Shown here piece after piece: positions 23,185 to 29,699 of a stretch of DNA of 29,699 nucleotides (position 1 is its first letter; each line of letters starts with the position of its first letter). Below the pieces are notes generated by a model. The model made no database searches. It was not told the DNA's origin and saw nothing but the letters and a program-made list of their open reading frames with translations. The translations under genes and the position numbers were made by a program. Origin of the DNA: a virus (taxonomy: Duplodnaviria; Caudoviricetes). The stretch spans positions 1 through 29,699 of IMG/VR virus record IMGVR_UViG_3300036982_000212, one strand, 5' to 3'.

Positions 23185-24950
23185 TACAGTACCCCGTCTA
23201 CTTTCCAGTTTACGGTAGCAACATAGCCCGGTGAGCGCGAAGAAACCACGGCAAACTGAAGCTGAGTTTTGGTAACTGCAACTACAATAGCCGATACAGA
23301 ACCATCGCCAGACGCTAGCGAAAAAGACACGTCGGAAGCATTGGGCGTAATTTGAAACGGCTGAGAAAACGTAACCGTCGTGGTTGGCCCAAGGTAAAGA
23401 GAACCGTAGTATGCGGCCCATCCGGATGAAGACGTTGTTGCCGTTCCGCTTTGAGAATCCAATACAACAGAATTGTTTGCGCCCGGCGTAGCTAAAACGT
23501 ATGGCGTTGTAATGTTGCTGTATACGTTAGTGCCAATTTTTACGTCAACGCAAGATGTCAGGCCAATGGCTTGAGAAGTACCGCCGTTGCCTCTAAAAGT
23601 GTTTGCTTCAACAATAAGTGAAGTGATTCCTACTGCGGCGATTCCGTAGCTGTTTGTTACGCCAGGGAGTTGCAATACGTTTCCAGTGATAGATACGTTT
23701 TGTAGCCATGCGCCTGCATCAGTAGAAATTAAATACGCCGTTGGCGTGGCAAGGGAAACGGCCATTTCATTGCCGGAAATAATAACATTTTTAAAAGATG
23801 CTAAGCCAACGCTAACTTTGGTAAACGTAATAGCGCCGGTAGAAAAGTTTTCAATGCTGTTTCCAACAATGTTAACTATGGCGGTATCGGTAGTACCGGT
23901 ATACTCCATAAGATAGCCATACCCGCCGCCAAGCAACTTATTTCCGAGTATTTTTAAACCGCCAGATGTGAGATGACGTATTTGCGCGGCGGTAGTAGAA
24001 GAAGTATTAAAAACGCACGACGAAATAACGGAGTCGCCAGAATCATTGTTGTTAGTGTTATTAACACTAATGCCAGACGCTGTATGCCCACGGAAAAAAC
24101 ATCCGTTAACAATGAAAAAACTAGCGGCTACAAAATCTACGTTTGTTGGAAAGTAACTTATTTCTACGTTTGACAGGTTTGCGAAGGAAGTTTCGCCACT
24201 AGCGGGCAAAAATTGCAGCCCTGCACCAGTTGATTTAAGCAGATTTCCGTTAAGAGTAAAATCTGCAAAGGTAGGAACGCCGGAAGACAACCCTCCGGAA
24301 AGCGTGGTGTATGCGCCTGTAAACTTTATTGCCGCATTACTGCTCGTATCTGTGCAGTTAATAATTGATTTTGTCGGTCCGTCACCAACAATGCCACCTG
24401 CTGAAATTACGATTTGCGAGGTGGTTTTGTAAGTTCCTGAAGGGTAATAAACCGTAGCGCCCGTGGTATGCGCCGCTTGAATGGCAGCCGTATCGTCCGT
24501 TACCCCGTCACCCACGGCCCCAAAGTCCTTCACCGACACCGTGTCACGCAGTTTGGCCTGCACCGTCCGCGCTGTAGCACCAGACCCTGAGTTGATGAAC
24601 CCTACCAAGGACGAACCCGACGAGGCGGCAAGGAGCGCAAGGGCGTCCGTGCTGCTGGAGTCCGAACTGTAGATGTTGTCGTAAGTGCCAATGGTCGCGC
24701 CCGTGGAGGTCTTAACCACGAACTTGTAACCCACGCCGTCCGTCAACCACACTTCGCCAGCCACACGCCCAGCGGCGTTCAGCACGATGGGGTTGCTGTT
24801 GGCAACCAAGCCCGTGGCGCTGGTGTAAGTGGTCTGCGGGGTGGAGGTGCCAGCCGCATAAGTGTAGACCAGGCCACCGGACAGCACCGTGCCGGAATCG
24901 GTGAAGAACTGCCAGCCAGCGCCAGCCAAAAGGGAGAGGGAAACGCTCAT
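23184..24950 (-). CDS. Tailspike with pectate-lyase-like parallel beta-helix
   Basis: ATG 24950 (ATGA overlap). N-terminal particle-binding region (QFFTDSG.VLSGG.VYTYAAGT), VSVKDFGAVGDGVTDDTAAIQAA, and Asn-ladder repeats (ILGN, IVGN, ISGN, ITGN). Confidence 0.9.
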   Translation of the reverse strand: MSVSLSLLAGAGWQFFTDSGTVLSGGLVYTYAAGTSTPQTTYTSATGLVANSNPIVLNAAGRVAGEVWLTDGVGYKFVVKTSTGATIGTYDNIYSSDSSSTDALALLAASSGSSLVGFINSGSGATARTVQAKLRDTVSVKDFGAVGDGVTDDTAAIQAAHTTGATVYYPSGTYKTTSQIVISAGGIVGDGPTKSIINCTDTSSNAAIKFTGAYTTLSGGLSSGVPTFADFTLNGNLLKSTGAGLQFLPASGETSFANLSNVEISYFPTNVDFVAASFFIVNGCFFRGHTASGISVNNTNNNDSGDSVISSCVFNTSSTTAAQIRHLTSGGLKILGNKLLGGGYGYLMEYTGTTDTAIVNIVGNSIENFSTGAITFTKVSVGLASFKNVIISGNEMAVSLATPTAYLISTDAGAWLQNVSITGNVLQLPGVTNSYGIAAVGITSLIVEANTFRGNGGTSQAIGLTSCVDVKIGTNVYSNITTPYVLATPGANNSVVLDSQSGTATTSSSGWAAYYGSLYLGPTTTVTFSQPFQITPNASDVSFSLASGDGSVSAIVVAVTKTQLQFAVVSSRSPGYVATVNWKVDGVL

Positions 24951-25732
24951 AGCAGGTTCACCTGTGAAACAGTCAGGACTACCGAGTAGGTAGCCGGGAT
25001 AGCGGGCGGTCCAGCCGCCGCCGCCACGTAGGGAATGGTAACGCTGGCCGAGGTCGGACACCACACAATTTCGACATACTGCCCAGCATACAAAGTCAAG
25101 AAGAAGTTCCAGCCTTTGATGTCGTGGCCGTCTACGCCGCCGTGGCGATTTTGAATGGACAGCTTGCCGTTGGAGCCAGCAACGTCTACCCCGTCCACCC
25201 GCAGCCAGATGTCTACGTCCTGCAGGGAGGCGTCCGAGTTTTCCAACTGGACGCTGAACTGAAGGTTGTACACCCCGGCGTAGGTAAAGTAGACGCGGGA
25301 GGTGGTCGTGCCGATGTACACGCCACGGGAGATGTCCGTGGTGTTGTAGGTCAGCGCGACGGGGGTATTGGCGGCAGTTGACTGCGTGGTAGTGTCAAAA
25401 AATGACCCGTACCGGAGGGTTTGCACCTCAAGGGGGATGGGGGTCAAATACAGCGCATCTACGCTGCTCTGGAGCGTCGCTATGGCGGCGTCCGAGGAAA
25501 TGGCTGGGGGTAGTACCTCTAGCCCGTGTACGCCCGCAGAGAGGGCTTCCGTGCCGTCCGCAGGGGGGCCAACCTGAAGGTCGGTCAGGGAGATGGTGCT
25601 AGTACCGCTGCCCGTTAGTGTGTACAGGTTGATGAAAAACCGATACCACTCCCGCGACATTAGCCCCGTCCGCTTGTCGATGAAATCGACTCGGGGGGCG
25701 GGGATTTGGGTGATGTCAGGTAGGCTAGCCAT
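24947..25732 (-). CDS. Tail protein (P22 gp26 needle position) with a C-terminal jelly-roll-like knob
   Basis: PAPRVDFID..TGLMSREWYRFF N-terminus; AGVYNLQFSVQL...IWLRVDGVDVAGS C-terminal domain. Confidence 0.7.
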   Translation of the reverse strand: MASLPDITQIPAPRVDFIDKRTGLMSREWYRFFINLYTLTGSGTSTISLTDLQVGPPADGTEALSAGVHGLEVLPPAISSDAAIATLQSSVDALYLTPIPLEVQTLRYGSFFDTTTQSTAANTPVALTYNTTDISRGVYIGTTTSRVYFTYAGVYNLQFSVQLENSDASLQDVDIWLRVDGVDVAGSNGKLSIQNRHGGVDGHDIKGWNFFLTLYAGQYVEIVWCPTSASVTIPYVAAAAGPPAIPATYSVVLTVSQVNLL

Positions 25733-27257
25733 TGGTGCCACTGATAATCAGTTCAGCACCAAGGATAACTACCTTCACAGGGTCAGTGCCGGAAATCTCG
25801 TACACGCGGTCGCGCAACTTGGTGGTCATGCCAAGGCGGCGGAAGATGACGCGCTTGCCGTACTGACCAATCTTGCCCATGCTGGCCCAACGCTCGTTAG
25901 ACCATGTGTGACCACCGTCATCCGAGAAGCGGAGCATGACCTGGGGGTCGCTGCCCAGCACCCCGTAGTCCGAGATGAGCAGGTCTACGCCGGACTCGGT
26001 GAGCAGGGTAACGTCCGTTTCCGTGGTCAGGGTGACGTAGGCCGAGGCGTCAAACAAGTCCAAACCGGACAGCCCCACGCCCGACTCGCAGTCTAACTGG
26101 AGCGAGTGGTGGGTGGTGCGCTTCAGTTCGTTTTGTCCCGTGGGCAGCGCCCGCCACGACCGCAGCCACTTCTGCGGCTCACCGTTGTCAGCGTAGACGG
26201 ACAGGTCAAGGACGTACACGTTGCCGTTTTCAAAGTCGCCAACGTGGGGGTCATTGTTGTAGGCGGCGTGGCAGCTGCTGCGGTGGCGTACAAACTCGCC
26301 CAAGGAGAACCCGGCGCGCTCATGCCAAGAGTTGACCGCTACGTCGTACACCCAAGTCTTGCCAGCAGTGGGGAAAATCAGCACATAAAATGCGTGGCCC
26401 TCTTGCTGATATGTATAAGCAATGGCGTCCGAAATAGTGCCGTAAGACTGGATGGCGTACTCAATTGCATGAGTAGAAACGCGCTGTCCCGTGTATCCGT
26501 TGGCGCGGTAGACAAGGCCTTGCCCCCGAGCGTCAGCACCCAGCCAGAAGATGCCATTGTCCAGCTTGGCAACCGAGTACGGGGCAATGCAGCCGATTTC
26601 ATTGAACGCGCCTTGAATGCGGGTCAGCGGGAAGTCCGCTTCGCCCGAGTTGTACCAAACTTCCGTGGAGTCCGTGCCGAACAGCCACAGTTCGCGGTGG
26701 TCTACAATGAGCGACACCAGTCCGTCAGGCGAGCCTTCAGCGGACGCAAAGTCCAGCGGGTCTACCGACAAACCGTCCAGTAGGGAGGTAATCCACACCG
26801 TCTGGCTGTTGGGCTGGTTGAATACAAAGTAGCCGTCAAGGTAGCCTACGTTTACCGCGCCCTCAAAGTCAGGGTCGGTAATCTGGGCAAACACGTCGGT
26901 GTTGTAGTTGTAGATGAACCCGTCAGGGTTGCAGGCGATGAACAACTGAGTGCCGTTGTCCGCCATGCTCACAGCGCCAGTACCCGTCACCGTACCCTTT
27001 AGGGTGGCGACGTAGCCGGTGGTCATCTGGTAGAAGCCCGTACCCGAAACGACGTACAGGTAGCCGCCGTGCGACCACAGGCCACGGATAGGGCCATCCC
27101 CTACGGTAGCCACTAGGCGCAAGCCAGGCGCACGGTTCAGGAAGCCGGGTTCCTTACCGCCTTCAGGCACGGCTTCTGGGAACAAGTTGATGCAACGGTT
27201 GTCGGCGGCGTTAACCGACCGAGCAACGTACGCTGCCCCGAGGATGGGGGTCTTCAA
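25725..27257 (-). CDS. P22 gp10-like tail hub / DNA stabilisation protein
   Basis: 510 aa with a TTG start overlapping the upstream stop; DPLDFASAEGSPD, LWLFG..STEVW, YQQEGHAFYVL.FP, SDDGGHTW and RRLG motifs. Confidence 0.9.
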   Translation of the reverse strand: MKTPILGAAYVARSVNAADNRCINLFPEAVPEGGKEPGFLNRAPGLRLVATVGDGPIRGLWSHGGYLYVVSGTGFYQMTTGYVATLKGTVTGTGAVSMADNGTQLFIACNPDGFIYNYNTDVFAQITDPDFEGAVNVGYLDGYFVFNQPNSQTVWITSLLDGLSVDPLDFASAEGSPDGLVSLIVDHRELWLFGTDSTEVWYNSGEADFPLTRIQGAFNEIGCIAPYSVAKLDNGIFWLGADARGQGLVYRANGYTGQRVSTHAIEYAIQSYGTISDAIAYTYQQEGHAFYVLIFPTAGKTWVYDVAVNSWHERAGFSLGEFVRHRSSCHAAYNNDPHVGDFENGNVYVLDLSVYADNGEPQKWLRSWRALPTGQNELKRTTHHSLQLDCESGVGLSGLDLFDASAYVTLTTETDVTLLTESGVDLLISDYGVLGSDPQVMLRFSDDGGHTWSNERWASMGKIGQYGKRVIFRRLGMTTKLRDRVYEISGTDPVKVVILGAELIISGTNG

Positions 27258-27499
27258 AACGCATCCTCAAAAATGTATTGCGGGCAATCGTCAATCCAAA
27301 TGTCCGCTTTTACAACAGAAGATTTTGCCTTACGGGATGTGTAAATGACCGGAAGGCTTACGCTTTCAACAGGTTCGCTAGGCATACGCATCGTAACTAC
27401 AAAAACATCATGGCCTCGCGCTAACGCATCGCAGGCAAACCCATCCCACAGAACGGGGTCTGCGGTGTAGGTTTTGTCGTAATCAAGTGCAATACGCAT
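27254..27499 (-). CDS. Minimal HAD-superfamily phosphatase-like protein
   Basis: Motif I IALDYDKT, II VVTMR, III K and IV WIDD in 81 aa; TGATG and TTGA overlaps with its neighbours. Confidence 0.75.
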   Translation of the reverse strand: MRIALDYDKTYTADPVLWDGFACDALARGHDVFVVTMRMPSEPVESVSLPVIYTSRKAKSSVVKADIWIDDCPQYIFEDAF

Positions 27500-28239
27500 C
27501 AATAGTTACCGGCAAAGATGTTGAACCTTTGCCTGGTCCCCACGATGCTGTACGGGATGGACATGACATCGCCGGGGTTGTTGATGCGCTTCAGGTTCCG
27601 CTTGCTGGTCATGGCAATGCGCTGCACCTGCGGCGAAGGCTCCACGCCAAACTCAGGCGCAATCTCACAAGCAAGGTTGTAGCGAAACGCACGTAGGTAA
27701 CCCGGCGGGAACGCCAGCGTCGTAGACAGCGTGGCAGGCTGCGTCAGCGGGTCTACCGAGATGAAGTGCCACTCCAGCGCCCGCGTAGGCACGGGGTAGA
27801 TGTGCATATCAATGTTCGGGTAATTGGTGTTAATCCACAGCACCTGCGGGTACGAGGACGTTACGGTCTTGACCGCAATGCCGTCGTACTGCTGCTGGTT
27901 GATGATTTTGATGCCATACGAGATGCCCGAGGACGGGTCAATAAAGTATGTGCTGTCATCCAACTCAATGGGGCGGCTACCAATGAAGTCACCCGTGGGA
28001 CCAAGCGTCTGGCTCAACTGACCCGCAGGCCAAGTAAACACTTGGTCTTGCGTGGTGAAGATGGACAGGCGCTCGGTAGACCACGAGTCAATCATCTGCT
28101 GCATGGCGACGAGCGCATCGTCAGCGGTGGCAGCCGAGGGTGTCTCGCCTTCAGCAAGCATCCCGATGAGCCGCAGTGCGCCGTTAATGAGTTCACCAAC
28201 AGTGGGCTGCGTGGGCGACAGTGGAAGGATGATGGGCAT
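27499..28239 (-). CDS. P22 gp4-like head-tail adaptor
   Basis: TVGELINGALRLIGMLAEGETPSA...ALVAMQQMIDSW and PPGYLRAFRYNLACEIAPEFG; lies upstream of the gp10-like gene. Confidence 0.85.
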   Translation of the reverse strand: MPIILPLSPTQPTVGELINGALRLIGMLAEGETPSAATADDALVAMQQMIDSWSTERLSIFTTQDQVFTWPAGQLSQTLGPTGDFIGSRPIELDDSTYFIDPSSGISYGIKIINQQQYDGIAVKTVTSSYPQVLWINTNYPNIDMHIYPVPTRALEWHFISVDPLTQPATLSTTLAFPPGYLRAFRYNLACEIAPEFGVEPSPQVQRIAMTSKRNLKRINNPGDVMSIPYSIVGTRQRFNIFAGNY

Positions 28240-28248
28240 GGTGGTTCC

Positions 28249-28908
28249 TTAATTTGCCATCAACACAACCCAATTCGTCCCATTGGACTGAATGTGGGCA
28301 AACTTCCCCGCCGTAGCAGCAAGAATTGCTGTCCCTGCGGCACCGCCCGCTAGCGGAACTACGTTAGAACTTGCGCTGACCACCGTAAATGCGGCGGTCG
28401 TTTTTAGGATAAACACACGCCCGGTATATGACGCTGCGTCAGGCAAAGTGACTGTGCAAGTGGCACTGCCGTTAAAAATTAACGCATAGTCGGTAGAAGT
28501 AACCGTATAGGTTGCCCCAGTTTGCGTATTAGGCGGCGAAAACGGTTCAGTAGCCAATTCCTGAATGGCGTTCTGTACGTTGGTAGCGGCAATGGTGCCG
28601 AAGGGCGTGAAGGACACCGTAGAGGCTGCTACAGCCCCAATGTCGGCGGGGTCGTACAGGATGAAGTCGGTGTAACTCTCGGCTACGAAATTGGTAGCCG
28701 TAATGGACAGGCTGTAGCGCCCGTTAGCGGCGTAGAAGGCAAACTCGCCTAGCGAGTTGGTCGTAACCGTGTTGGAAGGCAGTACCCCGGTTCCGTTGCC
28801 GCTGTAGATGGTAGCGGGCGTCGTGGTGCCGTAAACGTAGACCGCGACGGACGCGCCGACAATCACGTTGCCGAACTTGTCCTGTAGAACATTCTGATAC
28901 TGCTGCAC
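28249..28908 (-). CDS. Putative virion fibre/decoration protein (219 aa)
   Basis: Thr/Ala/Gly-rich; GASVAVY..GT...ATIYS and GEFAFYAANGRY, linker ATNVQNAIQEL, and TVTLP.A...GR.F..K...SNGTNW domain; GGAGG RBS. Confidence 0.7.
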   Translation of the reverse strand: MQQYQNVLQDKFGNVIVGASVAVYVYGTTTPATIYSGNGTGVLPSNTVTTNSLGEFAFYAANGRYSLSITATNFVAESYTDFILYDPADIGAVAASTVSFTPFGTIAATNVQNAIQELATEPFSPPNTQTGATYTVTSTDYALIFNGSATCTVTLPDAASYTGRVFILKTTAAFTVVSASSNVVPLAGGAAGTAILAATAGKFAHIQSNGTNWVVLMAN

Positions 28909-28911
28909 GGT

Positions 28912-29097
28912 TCAGCCCTCGGAGGCGTATTTGGGGGGTCGTCCTCGACGGCGAGCAGCAAGCTCATTGACCGGAGCCGCCTCGGCAGGCGTGTCGGGAT
29001 TGTACCGCGACCAGCCGTTCTTTTCATCTGCCGTGGCCTCAACCTCGCTGATAGCGACTTTGGTGCCGTGGACAGGGTGGGATAGGTAGATGACCAT
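28912..29097 (-). CDS. Small protein with a C-terminal AT-hook motif
   Basis: 61 aa ending RRRGRPPKYASEG. Confidence 0.75.
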   Translation of the reverse strand: MVIYLSHPVHGTKVAISEVEATADEKNGWSRYNPDTPAEAAPVNELAARRRGRPPKYASEG

Positions 29098-29105
29098 AAA
29101 GGGTC

Positions 29106-29123
29106 AGGGGGCCGAAGCCCCCT
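29106..29123 (-). terminator. C(UUCG)G tetraloop hairpin (weak terminator or stabiliser)
   Basis: AGGGGGC-TTCG-GCCCCCT on the minus strand; no immediate U tract. Confidence 0.55.
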
Positions 29124-29135
29124 TTCCCAGTGCCG

Positions 29136-29525
29136 TTAGGCGATGCGGTACAGCGTCCAAGCGCCGTCACCCGTCTTGCGGGCGCGGAACAAGGCCGAGG
29201 TAACGGTCGCAGCGGTCAGCGTGCCGACGATGGTCCAGCCGGTGCCAGCCGCGAGGGTCAGCGTGCTGCCCGCCGTGTTGACAAAGCTGACTTCAAAGCC
29301 AGCGTCAACCTTGCTGTTCGTCAGCGTCGCTTCCAGCAGCGCCACCGTGGGCAGCGTCTGGGTGCCTGGCGTGCTGCTGCACACCACGATGCCCGAGAGC
29401 AACTGAGCGACCGTGAGCGTGGCAGCGGCAGTTGCCGTCGCCGGAGCGCCCTGAATAACCATCGTGGATTCAGAGACGTTGCCGTCCGTGAACTGGTAGC
29501 CACCACCAACCTGAGAAAGAGCCAT
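29136..29525 (-). CDS. Putative capsid decoration/cement protein
   Basis: ATG 29525 with an AGGAG RBS; Ala/Thr-rich; immediately downstream of the coat gene. Confidence 0.7.
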   Translation of the reverse strand: MALSQVGGGYQFTDGNVSESTMVIQGAPATATAAATLTVAQLLSGIVVCSSTPGTQTLPTVALLEATLTNSKVDAGFEVSFVNTAGSTLTLAAGTGWTIVGTLTAATVTSALFRARKTGDGAWTLYRIA

Positions 29526-29547
29526 TGTGAATACTCCTGAAACTGAG

Positions 29548-29582
29548 AATAAGGTAAGCAACCCCGGCTGTTACGCCGGGGT
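29548..29582 (-). terminator. Hairpin after the coat gene
   Basis: ACCCCGGC-GTAACA-GCCGGGGT followed by TGCTTACCTTATT. Confidence 0.55.
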
Positions 29583-29595
29583 CACGGCAGGGCTG

Positions 29596-29699
29596 TTAGC
29601 CCCACATCCGCGCAGCACCCTGCGGACGGATAACCGAGTAGCCGTACAGCACGTCGATACGGCAGGGCATACGGTCGTTGTTGATGTCGTACTGGCGCA
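29596..29699 (-). CDS. P22-like major capsid (coat) protein, 3' end only
   Basis: RQYDINNDRMPCRIDVLYGYSVIRPQGAARMWG* matches the C-terminal pattern of P22 gp5-like coat proteins (R.DVLYG...RP). Confidence 0.85.
   Translation of the reverse strand, partial: RQYDINNDRMPCRIDVLYGYSVIRPQGAARMWG

Noticed and set aside
23184-24950. Diversity-generating retroelement or invertible system acting on the tailspike
   Set aside because: No reverse transcriptase, invertase or template/variable repeat pair was seen in the window.
25593-28353. Plus-strand ORFs of 167-225 aa over the tail genes
   Set aside because: Antisense shadows expected from GC-rich codon usage; no independent signals.
1-29699. Stop-codon reassignment
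   Set aside because: Genes tile tightly under the standard code, and TAA, TAG and TGA all serve as real stops.

Overview
This window is most of a small (inferred about 32 kb), GC-rich, P22-like podovirus genome, probably infecting a proteobacterium, opened between the portal gene (truncated at the left edge) and the coat gene (3' end only, at the right edge). It has four blocks. (1) Minus-strand packaging genes: terS, a low-complexity protein, terL, a small virion protein and the portal (1-4789). (2) A repeat-rich non-coding region followed by a plus-strand early operon of small genes with a sigma70 promoter, two copies of a structured leader and a terminator (4790-7952). (3) A lambdoid-like divergent control region: cro, O/P-like replication genes, a nuclease and a helicase run leftward; exo, erf, ssb and a C5 methyltransferase run rightward (7955-17047). 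(4) Minus-strand head, tail, ejection and lysis genes (17044-29699). I found no integrase, CI repressor, tRNA, rRNA or CRISPR array. The most unusual items are a cupin-SET-domain fusion in the tail/ejection module; a C5 methyltransferase with about 8 tandem TRD-like modules and an overlapping alternative-frame gene; an array of TGCTGCACTGCAGCA-type palindromes resembling host PhaR boxes; a duplicated, covarying RNA hairpin leader; a prion-like protein between the terminase subunits; and no GATC found by eye anywhere in the window. All family assignments come from recognising motifs by eye; no database search was run.
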